This document shows positions 42,587 to 52,661 of a stretch of DNA of 64,000 nucleotides, piece by piece (positions within the stretch are counted from its first letter, which is position 1; each line of letters opens with the position of its first letter). The DNA is taken from contig JBKBRF010000004.1 in the NCBI GenBank assembly GCA_046292385.1, positions 128,001 through 192,000 on the forward strand, given 5' to 3'. The notes under the pieces were generated by a model. The model did not search any database and was not told the origin of the DNA. It saw nothing but the letters and a program-made list of their open reading frames with translations. This DNA comes from Armatimonadota bacterium. Lineage in GTDB: Bacteria; Armatimonadota; SYMT01. The translations under genes were made by a program, and so were the position numbers.

Positions 42587-42860
42587 GGCGTCCGGAGGAG
42601 CAGCCGGAGGCTGCGCCGGAGGATGGCATTTGTGACCACCCCTTGGCCAAGGGGTGGTTGCTCGAAGGGTCGGGATTCAGCCCGTGAACCAGGCTGCTGT
42701 AACGGTAGTGCGCACTGGCGCGGGAAGAGTGAATGGGAGCGCACTCCCGGAGCGGCCTGCTAGCGCCGGAGGCGCGTTAAAGGGCCGCGGAGGGCAATGT
42801 CGCGGGAGGGCTGAATCCCGACACAAGGGCACGGGGTTGACCTCGCGAAATCGACGCTGC
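42587..42860 (+). repeat. Structured ~280-nt non-coding element, copy B
   Basis: Same ordered motifs as copy A; outer stem cgggattcagccc/gggctgaatcccg. Confidence 0.88.
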
Positions 42861-42936
42861 CACACGGCAAAAAGCGCGACGACTGGCGGCGGGTCGGCCC
42901 CGCGGCATTACACCGCGAGGCCGAACCCAGAACCCT

Positions 42937-44349
42937 CTAGCGCGACACGCTCTTGAACGAAGGCAGCCGCGCCGGCGCCGCCGCCGGGCTCGGGCTTGCT
43001 TCCGGACGTCGGCCCCGGCGGCTGCGGCTGCCGCTGCGGGCGGTGTCCTGCGTGCTTCCGCGCGACTCCCGCACCGGCGCGGAGCTCGTCGGCTGGGACC
43101 GCGTGCCGCTGCTCCGCTTCGGCGGCTGCGGGGCGGGCGCTGCCGGCCGCTCCTGGGCGCGCGGGCGCGCCTGGCCGCGCGGCTGCCGCGGCGGAGGCGG
43201 CACGGAGGGCGCGATGCCGCTCGACTGGTAGTCGAACCCGTCGGCTTTCGCCCGCGGCAGCGACTTCCCGAGCGCCTTCTCGATGTCTCGCAGGCACGCT
43301 TCTTCGTCCGGAGAGACGAACGTCACCGCGTCGCCGCTCGCCTCCGCGCGGGCCGTCCGCCCCACGCGGTGGATGTAGTCTTCCGTCACGTTCGGCACGT
43401 CGAAGTTGACCACGTGGCTCAGCCCGTGGACGTCGATCCCGCGGGCGGCGATGTCGGTCGCCACCAGCACGCGCGCCTCGCCGCTGCGGAAGCTCGCCAG
43501 CGCGTTGGTGCGCTGCGACTGGCTCCGGTTGCCGTGGATCCGCTCGCACGCGACGCCGTGCTTGGAGAGGAAGTCGGCCAGGCGGTTGGCACGGTGCTTG
43601 GTGCGGGTGAAGACGACGACCGACTGCATCTCTTCGCTCTGCAGCAGGTGGAGCAGCAGCGGCGACTTCAGCGTCTGCGCCACGGGGTAGAGCTTGTGCG
43701 CGATCTTCTTGGCGGGAGTCGCCCGGCGCTCGATGTTGAACGTCACCGGATTCACCAGCATGTCGCGCGCCAGCTCCGCGATCGGGCCGGGGAGCGTGGC
43801 GGAGAAGAGCAGCGTCTGCCGCTGCTTCGGCACGTGGCTCAGTACCCGTCGGATGTCCGGCAGGAAGCCCATGTCGAGCATGCGGTCGGCTTCGTCCAGC
43901 ACCAGGTGCTCGATGCCGTCCAGCCGGGCGTAGGGGCGGCTCAGGTGATCGAGCAGGCGGCCCGGCGTGGCGACGAGCACGTCGGCGCCGCGGCGGAACG
44001 CCTCTTCCTGGGGACCCATGCCGACCCCGCCGAAGATGGCGGCGCCGGTCAGGCGCGTGTAGCGGCCCAGGAGCTGCAGGTGCTCGTGGATCTGCGCCGC
44101 CAGCTCGCGGGTGGGGGCCAGGATCAGCGCCCGGGTGCGGCCACGGGGCTGCTTCAGGAGCTGGTTCAGGATCGGCAGGCCGAACGCGGCGGTCTTGCCG
44201 CTGCCGGTGGAAGCGCACCCCAGCACGTCGCGCCCCTCCAGGCCGGGAGGAATGGCGTCGCGCTGGATGGCGGTCGGCTCGGTGAAGCCGAGCTCCTGGA
44301 CCGCCCGCCGCAGGTCGGCGTGCAGCTCGAAAGAATCAAAGTGGGACAT
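42937..44349 (-). CDS. DEAD-box RNA helicase (RhlE-like)
   Basis: Q motif, TGSGKT, PTRELA, TPGRL, DEAD, SAT, ARGID, HRVGRTAR; basic tail. Confidence 0.95.
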   Translation of the reverse strand: MSHFDSFELHADLRRAVQELGFTEPTAIQRDAIPPGLEGRDVLGCASTGSGKTAAFGLPILNQLLKQPRGRTRALILAPTRELAAQIHEHLQLLGRYTRLTGAAIFGGVGMGPQEEAFRRGADVLVATPGRLLDHLSRPYARLDGIEHLVLDEADRMLDMGFLPDIRRVLSHVPKQRQTLLFSATLPGPIAELARDMLVNPVTFNIERRATPAKKIAHKLYPVAQTLKSPLLLHLLQSEEMQSVVVFTRTKHRANRLADFLSKHGVACERIHGNRSQSQRTNALASFRSGEARVLVATDIAARGIDVHGLSHVVNFDVPNVTEDYIHRVGRTARAEASGDAVTFVSPDEEACLRDIEKALGKSLPRAKADGFDYQSSGIAPSVPPPPRQPRGQARPRAQERPAAPAPQPPKRSSGTRSQPTSSAPVRESRGSTQDTARSGSRSRRGRRPEASPSPAAAPARLPSFKSVSR

Positions 44350-44902
44350 ATCGATCTCGGCGCGGACTCGCGCTGAAGGGCAGCAAGTCGTCGCGCGAAA
44401 AAAGGCGCCGCATACCGCGGCAAACGGTGTGGAGGCCGTGGAGAAGGGGCAGCCGGGGACCCGCCCTGCGGCTCCGCGGAAGTCAATCCGGGTGCGGCGT
44501 CCCTCCGGGCGGAGGCTGACCGATCACACGGGCCCGGCGGGCGCTGCACGAGGGGGATCCCGATCGGGACCGCCTCCGGAGTGCGCCGCGCACTGCCCAG
44601 AGTGAGGGGGAACAGTGGACCTGGCCGAAGCCAGCACCGTCACGTTATCACGTCCGGAAGATTAAAGCAAGCAGTTCACTTTGTAGCGTTGAGAGCGAAT
44701 GGCGCTCCTGTCCGTAATCTGGTAGAGTTGAATCGCAAGTTCACATCGGGTTCGTAACGCATTATGGATCACGGAAGCTGTAGCCCGCTCCGCTAGTGCC
44801 TTACCCTCATCGGTGTAGCGCGCTGATAAAACCTGGCAGCGGTGCGGTAGGCCTGCCGCATCCAGCGACCGTCCCCGCTTGGGGAATCTTCCGAGGAACG
44901 TG

Positions 44903-45346
44903 ATGAGCAAGAGACTCTACGTCGGCAACCTGTCTTACGACATGTCGGAGCAGGAGCTGCAGTCCCTTTTCGAGCCGTACGGCGCACGCAGCGTCAACCT
45001 GATCACGGAGCACGATGGACGCTCGAAAGGCTTTGCCTTCGTGGAAGTTGACGACGAGCAGATGGACGCGGCGATCTCCGCGCTGAATGGCAAAGAGGTG
45101 CGGGGACGCAGCCTGAACGTCAATGAAGCGCGGCCGCGCGAGGACCGCGGTGGTGGCGGTGGTGGTTACGGCGGCGGCGGTGGCGGCGGCCGGCGCGGCG
45201 GCGGTGGCGGCGGCTACGGCGGCGGCGGTGGTTACGGCGGCGGCGGCGGTGGCTACGGTGGTGGTGGCGGCGGCTACGGCGGCGGCGGCGGCGGTGGTGG
45301 CCGGCGCGGTGGCGGCGGCGGCGGCCGGGACCGCGGCGGCTGGTAG
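44903..45346 (+). CDS. RRM (RNP) RNA-binding protein with glycine-rich tail
   Basis: LYVGNL (RNP2), KGFAFVEV (RNP1), VNEARPRE, G/Y/R-rich tail. Confidence 0.95.
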   Translation: MSKRLYVGNLSYDMSEQELQSLFEPYGARSVNLITEHDGRSKGFAFVEVDDEQMDAAISALNGKEVRGRSLNVNEARPREDRGGGGGGYGGGGGGGRRGGGGGGYGGGGGYGGGGGGYGGGGGGYGGGGGGGGRRGGGGGGRDRGGW

Positions 45347-45599
45347 TTCCTCCTTCGGCCCGAGTTACACTCGGCGGAGGCTGAAAGTCGACTCACGCGG
45401 GCCGGACTTGCTCCGTAACCCGCGTGAGCGCTCTCGAGCGGGAGGGCCTCGCTCTCCTCTCCCCCGATCGAACCAAACCTGCTGTGCGTCTAGGCCCCGG
45501 GGCTTCTCCGGGGCCGTCCGCTGCGCGCGGGTGGAATACAACGTCCTGCAGCCGGCGCTGTGCGGACGGTCTAGGGATGTTTAGGAAAGGTGGAAGATC

Positions 45600-46202
45600 G
45601 TGAAGACCTGTGTCCTGTGTGACCTGGAAAAGCCGGAAGTGTCCCTGGTGCAAGTAGTACCCGCAACCTGGACTGGCTTTGGCCGGTTCGTCGCGATCTG
45701 CCCCGAGTGCCAGTCTTCGGACCGGTTCACCCGCCTGGTAAAGCAGAAGAAGATCGTCTCCGCCAAGCCGGCGAAAGCCGCCAAGGAGAGCACCGAAGCC
45801 GCCACCGCGGTCGCCGAGCCGGAGGCCCCGCGCGTCGTGAGTCCGGGTGTCAAGATCCGGCACCGGAAGTCGGGCGAAGTACTGCTGGAGCTGGAGACCA
45901 AGACGCTGACCGAGGCGTCGCTGGTCGGCGCGGCGCTCTCCAACGCGGACCTGCACGGCACCGGCCTGACGGGCGCGGACCTGCACAACGCCGACCTCCG
46001 CCTGGCCGACCTCGCCGGCGCCGATCTCCGGAACGTCGACCTGCGCAACGCCAACCTGCGCGGTGCCGATCTCCGCTCCACCGATCTCCGCGGCGCGCGC
46101 CTGCAGCGGGCCGATCTGCGGTTCGCGCTCTACGACGAGCAGACCCGCTGGCCGGAAGGCTTCGACACCGTCGCCTCCGGCGCCCAGCGCCAGGGCCGCT
46201 AG
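45600..46202 (+). CDS. Pentapeptide-repeat protein with N-terminal CxxC...CxxC
   Basis: CVLC/CPEC; ADL repeats; 'YDEQTRWPEGF' end. Confidence 0.85.
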   Translation: MKTCVLCDLEKPEVSLVQVVPATWTGFGRFVAICPECQSSDRFTRLVKQKKIVSAKPAKAAKESTEAATAVAEPEAPRVVSPGVKIRHRKSGEVLLELETKTLTEASLVGAALSNADLHGTGLTGADLHNADLRLADLAGADLRNVDLRNANLRGADLRSTDLRGARLQRADLRFALYDEQTRWPEGFDTVASGAQRQGR

Positions 46203-46213
46203 CCCTTCGATTT

Positions 46214-46297
46214 GGTTGGCAGGTTAGCAGGTTCCAGGTTAGCGTCCCGTCTGCGAGAAGCTAAACTTGCAAACCTGCAACCTGCTAACCTGCAACT
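46214..46297. repeat. Inverted 7/8-mer arrays between convergent genes
   Basis: ggttggca ggttagca ggttcca ggttagc facing ctgcaac ctgctaac ctgcaac. Confidence 0.7.
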
Positions 46298-46311
46298 TCC
46301 TCCGCCCGCTC

Positions 46312-46635
46312 TCAGACCGTGACCAGGAGCTGTCCGTCCTCTTCCCGCACCGGGTAGGTACGGATGGCGCACGCCGCATCGTTCGCGCAGGCGCCGCCGG
46401 CCAGGTCGAACCGGTAGGCGTGGTAAGGACAGATCACCTCTCCGCCCCCGAGGATCCCTTCGGAGAGCGGCGCGCCGCGGTGGGGGCAGCGGTCCTGGGT
46501 GGCGTAGAGGCTCCCGTCGCGACCGCGGAAGACCGCGATCTCCTGCCCCAGCACCAGGAAGCGCCGCCCTTCCCCCGCCGGAACGCGCTCCACCGCGCCC
46601 AGCAACACTTCGGTCCGTTCCTCTGCCGCGTTCAT
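46312..46635 (-). CDS. nirD: Nitrite reductase small subunit (Rieske 2Fe-2S)
   Basis: CPHRGAPL...CPYH; overlaps the nirB stop; start MNAAEE. Confidence 0.9.
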   Translation of the reverse strand: MNAAEERTEVLLGAVERVPAGEGRRFLVLGQEIAVFRGRDGSLYATQDRCPHRGAPLSEGILGGGEVICPYHAYRFDLAGGACANDAACAIRTYPVREEDGQLLVTV

Positions 46636-49091
46636 CGTCCACTCCTCGCCGCAGCCGGCGCGCCCAGGCTCTCCAGCGGGATCAGGCTGCCGGAGAACTG
46701 CTCCGGATGGTACGGGCGCTTCGCCTCTTCCCACGGGTCGACGTAGGCGTCGACCGCCCGCTGCATCTCCGCGTCCAGCTGCTCCGCGATCCCGTCCACG
46801 TCGTCGACCAGGAGCGCGCGCAGGCGGTCGATCCCGATCCGCTCCACGAAGGCGTGCGTCCGCTCCATCCACTTTCCGTGCTCCCGGTAGTACTGCATGA
46901 AGCGGCCGGCCAGCAGGAGCGCCTCCTCCTGGGTGCGCACCTCGCAGAGCAGGTCGGCGGCGCGGACCTTGCTCCCCGCCGCGCCGCCGATGAAGATCTC
47001 CCAGCCGTCGTCGACCGCCACGAAGCCGACGTCCTTCACCGTCGACTCGGCGCAGTTGCGGGGGCAGCCGCTCGCCGCGAGCTTGACCTTATGCGGGAAC
47101 TCGATGCCCTGGAACCGCCGCTCCGCCGCCACGCCGAGTGCCGTGGAATCGCCGACCCCGTAGCGGCAGAACTCGGTGCCGACACAGGTCTTGCAGGTCC
47201 GGAACGCCTTGGTGTAGGCATGTCCGCTCGGCATCCCCAGCTCGCGCCAGATCGCCGGCAGATCTTCCTTCTTCACTCCCAGAATGTCGATGCGCTGTCC
47301 GCCGGTGATCTTCACCATCCGCGCCTCGTACCGCTCCGCCACGTCGGCGATCCGCCGCAGCTCGTCCGGCGAGGTGATGCCGCCGTAGATCCGCGGAATC
47401 ACGGAGAAGGTGGCGTCCTTCTGGATGTTCGCGTGGACCCGATCGTTGATAAACCGGGCGTCCCGCTCGTCCTCGTACTCCTCGTTCCAGAGGGAGCGGA
47501 GAAGGGAGGCGAGTCCCATCTTGCTGGCGGCATCTTCCTGCCCGCCGGCAAGCTCGCGGAACACGGCGCTCACGCTGCGGAGGCCGCGCGCCCGGATCTC
47601 CCGCACTAGCTCCGGCTTGGAGTACGGCACGCCCGGCACGTACCAGTCGTCGCGCGGGTCCGGCGGCACGTTCCCCGCGTAGGCGTCGAGCAGCTCCACC
47701 AGCACCGGCTTGCAGCCGCCGCAGCCGGTCCCCGCCTTGGTACAGGCGGCGAGGGTGCTCATGGAGCAGCGTCCGCTGCCGATCGCCTCCAGCAGCTTCC
47801 CCTTGCTCACCTGGTGGCAGGAGCAGACCAGCACGTCGTTCGGCAGATCCTTCACCCCGCCGCCCGCGGCGCCGTCCGATGGAAAGAGTAGGGCGGCTCG
47901 GCGGGCCGGCACGTCGGCGTCGCGATTGAAGAGGTCGAGCAGCGTCGCGGCATTGTCGGCGTTCCCCAGCAGGTAGCCCGCCACCAGCTTGCCGTCCCGC
48001 ACGATGAGCCGCTTGTAGATCCCCGCCTCCGGCTCCGCGTAGCTCACCACCTCGTCGCCCGGGTGCACGTCGGAGACGCGGCCGAGAGAGACCAGGTCGA
48101 CCCCCATGATCTTCAGCTTCGTCGCCAGCTTGGAGCCGAGGTAGAGCGAGTGGGGCGAGGCGCCGGTCAGCACGTCGGCCAGCACCTGCGCCTGCTCGTA
48201 GAGGGGGGCGACGAGGCCGTAGACCATCCCCCGGTGCTGCGCGCACTCGCCGACCGCGAAGATCGACGGGTCGGAGGTGCGGAGCTGGTCGTCCACCACG
48301 ATTCCCCGCTCCACCGGCAGGCCGCAGTCCCGCGCCAGCTCGGAGTTGGCGCGGATCCCGCAGCTGATCACCACCATGTCGGCCTCGAGGGTGGTGCCGT
48401 CCGCCAGCTCCAGGCCGGTAGCGCGCCCGTTCCCGGCGATGCGGCTGGAGCGGCACTCGGTGCGGGCGGCGATCCCCATCCCCTCCAGCGTCTTCCGCAG
48501 CACGGCGCCGCCGTCCGCGTCGATCTGCTGCACCATCAGGTGGGGCGCCACCTCCACCACCGTCACCCGCACGTCGTGGGTCTGCAGCCCGCGCGCCGCC
48601 TCCAACCCCAGCAGCCCGCCCCCGAGCACGATCGCCGTCTCGCAGTCGCGGGCGTACTCCGCGATCTGCCGGCAGTCGTCGAGAGTGCGGAATAGGAAGA
48701 CACCCTCTTTGTCGGTCCCCTCCATCGGCGGGACGAACGGCCGCGATCCGGTGGCGAAGATCAGCCAGTCGTACGGCTCCTCCACGCCGTTCGCGCCGAC
48801 GACGACCTTCCGCTCCCGATCGACCGAGACCACGCGCACCCCGGCATGCAGGGAGATCCCGTTCCGCTCGTACCACTCCAGCGGGTTCATAAAGATCTCC
48901 CGCTCCGACTGCGCGCCGTTCAGCACGTTCGAGAGCAGGATCCGGTTGTAGTTGCCGTACGGCTCGTCTCCGAACATCGTGATCTGGAACCTCGGAGTGC
49001 CGTCGACCTGCTGCCGGGCGAGGATCTCCTCCACCACGCGCGCGCCGACCATTCCGTTACCGATCACGACCACTCGGGGTGCTCTATCCAT
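46632..49091 (-). CDS. nirB: NAD(P)H-dependent assimilatory nitrite reductase large subunit
   Basis: GNGMVG, YNRILLS, GGGLLGLE, BFD-like cysteines, CKTCVG...C and SGCPRNC siroheme/4Fe-4S ligands. Confidence 0.95.
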   Translation of the reverse strand: MDRAPRVVVIGNGMVGARVVEEILARQQVDGTPRFQITMFGDEPYGNYNRILLSNVLNGAQSEREIFMNPLEWYERNGISLHAGVRVVSVDRERKVVVGANGVEEPYDWLIFATGSRPFVPPMEGTDKEGVFLFRTLDDCRQIAEYARDCETAIVLGGGLLGLEAARGLQTHDVRVTVVEVAPHLMVQQIDADGGAVLRKTLEGMGIAARTECRSSRIAGNGRATGLELADGTTLEADMVVISCGIRANSELARDCGLPVERGIVVDDQLRTSDPSIFAVGECAQHRGMVYGLVAPLYEQAQVLADVLTGASPHSLYLGSKLATKLKIMGVDLVSLGRVSDVHPGDEVVSYAEPEAGIYKRLIVRDGKLVAGYLLGNADNAATLLDLFNRDADVPARRAALLFPSDGAAGGGVKDLPNDVLVCSCHQVSKGKLLEAIGSGRCSMSTLAACTKAGTGCGGCKPVLVELLDAYAGNVPPDPRDDWYVPGVPYSKPELVREIRARGLRSVSAVFRELAGGQEDAASKMGLASLLRSLWNEEYEDERDARFINDRVHANIQKDATFSVIPRIYGGITSPDELRRIADVAERYEARMVKITGGQRIDILGVKKEDLPAIWRELGMPSGHAYTKAFRTCKTCVGTEFCRYGVGDSTALGVAAERRFQGIEFPHKVKLAASGCPRNCAESTVKDVGFVAVDDGWEIFIGGAAGSKVRAADLLCEVRTQEEALLLAGRFMQYYREHGKWMERTHAFVERIGIDRLRALLVDDVDGIAEQLDAEMQRAVDAYVDPWEEAKRPYHPEQFSGSLIPLESLGAPAAARSGR

Positions 49092-51213
49092 GGTGAACCT
49101 CCAACTGCGGGAGAGCGATGGCCTCGGGAGCTGCGGAGCCCGGCTCCAGGACCAGCGGCTCGATGCGGGCCGCGCAGACCTTGAACTCGGGCATGCGGGA
49201 GATCGGGTCGAGGGCCGGGTTCGTGAGACGGTTCACGCATTCGGCCCCGCCCCAGTGGAACGGCATGAAGAGGGTGTCCGGCCGGATCGCGCGGGTGAGC
49301 CGCGCCCGCGCCCTCGCCTCGCCCCGGCGGGTGCGGAGCCGCACCGGCGCGCCGTCCGCGATGCCGAAGCGGGACGCCAGCGCCGGGTGCATCTCCAGCA
49401 GCGGCTCCGGCGCCGCCTCGCGCAGCGCGGGGATGCGGCGGGTCTGCGTGCCGGACTGGTAGTGGCGCATCACCCGGCCGGTGGTGAGGAAGAATGGGTA
49501 CTCCTCGCACGGCTCTTCCGCGGCGGGGCGGTGCTCCACCGCGTGGAAGCGGGCGCGACCGTCCGGCGTGGAGAACCGCTCCAGGAACATCCGCGGCGTG
49601 CCCGCGTGTGTCTCGTCCGGACAGGGCCAGAAGACGCCGTTCTCCGCCTCCACCCGAGCGTAGGTGATGCCGGCGTAGTCCGCGGGGCCGCCGGACGTCG
49701 CCCGCCGCAACTCGTTAAAGACCGTCTCCGGGTGCGTGGGGAACCGGTCGACGCAGCCGAGACGCGCCGCGAGCCCCGCCAGGATCTGCAGGTCGGTGCG
49801 CACCCCGTCCGGCGGCGCGGCGGCGGCGCGGCGCAGCAGCACGCGGCCTTCCAGGTTGGTGAGCGTTCCGGTCTCTTCCGCCCACTGGGCGCTCGGGAGC
49901 ACCACGTCGGCCTCCTCCGCCGTCTCCGAGAGGAAGAAGTCGCAGACCGCCAGGAAGTCGAGCGCCCGGAGCCGCTCCCGCACGTGACCCGCGTTCGGGG
50001 CGGAGACGACCGGGTTCGAGCCCATCACGAGCAGCGCGCGGACCCCGCCTTCGGTGCCGAGGCGGTCGAGCATCTCGTAAGCGGAGAGGCCGGGGCCGGG
50101 GAGGCTCTCCGGCTCCACTCCCCACACCGCCGCCACGTGCGCTCGCGCCGCCGGATCGTCCAGACGGCGGTAGCCGGGAAGCTGGTCCGCCTTCTGCCCG
50201 TGTTCCCGTCCGCCCTGGCCGTTCCCCTGGCCGGTGAGGCAGCCGTAGCCGCAGAGCGGGCGACCCGCCTTCCCAAGCGCCAGCGCCAGGTTGATGAACG
50301 CCAGCGCGGTGTCGGTGCCCTTGCTGTGCTGCTCCGCGCCGCGCGCGGTGAGCACCATGCCGGTCGGCGCCTCTCCCAGCAGGTGCGCCGCTTCGACGAT
50401 CTTTCCGGTGGGGACGCCGGTGAGCTGCTCCACCCGCTCCGGCCAGTAGGCAAGCACCGCCCGCCGCACCCCATCGAAACCGGTGGTGCGCTCGGCGATG
50501 AACGCCTCGTCGAGCAGCCCGTCGCGGACCGCCACGTGGAGCAGCCCGTTCGCCAGGGCGAGATCGGAGCCGGGCACCGGCTGCAGGTGCAGCGTGGCTC
50601 CCGCCGCGATCGGCGTAACGCGCGGATCGACCACCACCAGCCGTCCGCCGCGCCGCTGCTGCTCGTCGAAGTACTGCATCACCGGCGGCATGCACTCCAC
50701 CGGGTTGCTGCCGACCAGCAGGATCGCGTCGGTCCGGGCGAGGTCGACCAGCGGGAACGGGAGCCCGCGATCGATCCCGAAGGCGCGGAGGCCGGCCGCC
50801 GCGGCGGAAGACATGCAGAAGCGGCCGTTGTAGTCGATGCTCGGGGTCCGCAGCGCCACCCGCGCAAACTTGCCCAGGAGGTAGGCCTTTTCGTTCGTCA
50901 GCCCGCCCCCGCCGAAGAGTCCCGCCGCGGAGGCGCCATACCGCTCCTGCGCGAGCTTCAGCTCGCCGGCGATCCGGCTCAGCGCCGCTTCCCAGGAGAC
51001 CGCCCGCAGCGGCTCGCCCCGGCGCGCGCGCATCAGCGGCCGCCTCAGCCGCTCCGGGTGCCGGAGCAGCTCTACGGAGGTCCAGCCCTTCTGGCAGAGT
51101 CCGCCCCGGTTGGTGGGAAACTCCGGCCGCGGCGCCACCGCCAGGCCTTCCTCCGCGGGGACCAGGTTCATCCCACACTGGAGCGCGCAGTAGGGGCAGT
51201 GGGTCGCCGTCAT
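49084..51213 (-). CDS. nasA: Assimilatory nitrate reductase catalytic molybdopterin subunit
   Basis: HCPYCALQCG, LCQKG, RFCMSSA, TGQGNGQGGRE, LTTGR, PEFK. Confidence 0.92.
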   Translation of the reverse strand: MTATHCPYCALQCGMNLVPAEEGLAVAPRPEFPTNRGGLCQKGWTSVELLRHPERLRRPLMRARRGEPLRAVSWEAALSRIAGELKLAQERYGASAAGLFGGGGLTNEKAYLLGKFARVALRTPSIDYNGRFCMSSAAAAGLRAFGIDRGLPFPLVDLARTDAILLVGSNPVECMPPVMQYFDEQQRRGGRLVVVDPRVTPIAAGATLHLQPVPGSDLALANGLLHVAVRDGLLDEAFIAERTTGFDGVRRAVLAYWPERVEQLTGVPTGKIVEAAHLLGEAPTGMVLTARGAEQHSKGTDTALAFINLALALGKAGRPLCGYGCLTGQGNGQGGREHGQKADQLPGYRRLDDPAARAHVAAVWGVEPESLPGPGLSAYEMLDRLGTEGGVRALLVMGSNPVVSAPNAGHVRERLRALDFLAVCDFFLSETAEEADVVLPSAQWAEETGTLTNLEGRVLLRRAAAAPPDGVRTDLQILAGLAARLGCVDRFPTHPETVFNELRRATSGGPADYAGITYARVEAENGVFWPCPDETHAGTPRMFLERFSTPDGRARFHAVEHRPAAEEPCEEYPFFLTTGRVMRHYQSGTQTRRIPALREAAPEPLLEMHPALASRFGIADGAPVRLRTRRGEARARARLTRAIRPDTLFMPFHWGGAECVNRLTNPALDPISRMPEFKVCAARIEPLVLEPGSAAPEAIALPQLEVHHG

Positions 51214-52661
51214 GACGCCGCTCCCAGCGTGACCGGCAGCTCGCGCGTCTCCCGCAGGCCGCGGTCGACGAGCGCCTTTACCAGCGTCTTGCAGGAGCCG
51301 CAGCCGGTGCCGGCACGCGTCGCCTGCATCACCGCGTGGAGCCCGCAGGCGCCGCCCGCCAGGCACTCCAGCAGGTCCCCCTTGCTGACCCCGTTGCAGT
51401 GGCAGACGGTGGCGTCGTCCTCCATTTCCGCCAGCGAGAGCGCTCCGGCCCCGCCGCCGAGGTCGAAGAGCAGCGCAGCGCGCTCGTCCGGCAGCGGCGC
51501 GGCGCGCTCGAACGCCTGGATCAGGTGCGGTGCCCGCGCGGCGTCCCCCAGCAGGATGGCGCCGGCGAGGCGGCCGTCGCGGATCACCAGCTTCTTGTAG
51601 ATCCCGCGGCGCGGCTCCAGGAACTGCACCACCTCGTCCCGCTCCAGGTCCGGCAGCACGGCGCCCATGGCGGTCACGTCGAGCCCGGCGACCTTGAGCC
51701 GCGTGGAGACCCGGGAGCCGGCGTAAGCGGCGCGCTCGTTTCCGACCAGCGCCTCGGCCAGCACCCGCGCCTGCTCCCACGCGGGCGCGACCAGCCCGTG
51801 CACGATACCTCCGTGCTCCGCGCACTCTCCGACGGCGAAGATGCGCGGGTCGGTCACGGAGCGGAGCTGGTCGTCGACCAGAATGCCGCGGCCCACCGCC
51901 AGCCCCGCCGCCGCCGCGGCTTCCACGTTCGGGCGGATCCCGCAGGCGAAGACGACCAGGTCGGCCGGGAGCACGTCGCCTTCCTCGAGCTGCAGGCTGG
52001 TCACGCGCTCCTCGCCGAGCACCGCTTCCGTCTCCCGGCCGAGGTGCAGCCGGATGCCGAGCCCCCGGATCGCGGCAGCGAGGACTGCCGACGCCTCCGG
52101 ATCGAGCTGCCGCTCCATCAGGTGGGGGTGACGGTGGACCAGGTGGACCTCCAGCCCGAGCCCGAGCAGCCCGTACGCTGCTTCGAGGCCCAGGAGCCCC
52201 CCGCCAACCACCACCGCCGTCCGCGAGCTCTCCACCTGCTCCGCGAGACGACGGCAGTCGTCCAGCGTCCGAAACACGAAGACGCCCGGGGTCTCCGTCC
52301 CCGGGACCTCCGGCACGAGCGGGCGGCTGCCGATGGCGAGGATCAGGCGGTCGTACGGCGTCTCCCCGCCATCCGCGTCCCGCACGAGGCGGCGCTCCCG
52401 ATCGATCTCCACGGCGCGGCAGGGCGCGCGCAGGGTCACCCCGTTCTCCGCGTACCAGGAGCGCGGGTGGAGGAAGATCTCCCGCGCCTCCCGCACGCCG
52501 CGGAGGACGTCCGACAGCAGGATGCGGTTGTAGCTGCCGTGCGGCTCTTCGCCGAGCACGGTGATCTCGTACCGCGCGGACCCACCCCGGGCGAGCAACT
52601 CCTGCACCACCCGCGCGCCGGCCATGCCGTTGCCGACCACCACCAGTCGCTCCCGGGTCAT
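51210..52661 (-). CDS. FAD/NAD(P)H electron-transfer subunit of nitrate reductase (NasB/NasC-like)
   Basis: GNGMAG, YNRILLS, GGGLLGLE, C-terminal CHCN...GCGSC; start MTRERL. Confidence 0.88.
   Translation of the reverse strand: MTRERLVVVGNGMAGARVVQELLARGGSARYEITVLGEEPHGSYNRILLSDVLRGVREAREIFLHPRSWYAENGVTLRAPCRAVEIDRERRLVRDADGGETPYDRLILAIGSRPLVPEVPGTETPGVFVFRTLDDCRRLAEQVESSRTAVVVGGGLLGLEAAYGLLGLGLEVHLVHRHPHLMERQLDPEASAVLAAAIRGLGIRLHLGRETEAVLGEERVTSLQLEEGDVLPADLVVFACGIRPNVEAAAAAGLAVGRGILVDDQLRSVTDPRIFAVGECAEHGGIVHGLVAPAWEQARVLAEALVGNERAAYAGSRVSTRLKVAGLDVTAMGAVLPDLERDEVVQFLEPRRGIYKKLVIRDGRLAGAILLGDAARAPHLIQAFERAAPLPDERAALLFDLGGGAGALSLAEMEDDATVCHCNGVSKGDLLECLAGGACGLHAVMQATRAGTGCGSCKTLVKALVDRGLRETRELPVTLGAAS

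Noticed and set aside
45146..45343. GGC-rich simple repeat
   Set aside because: Encodes the glycine-rich tail of the RRM protein, not an independent element
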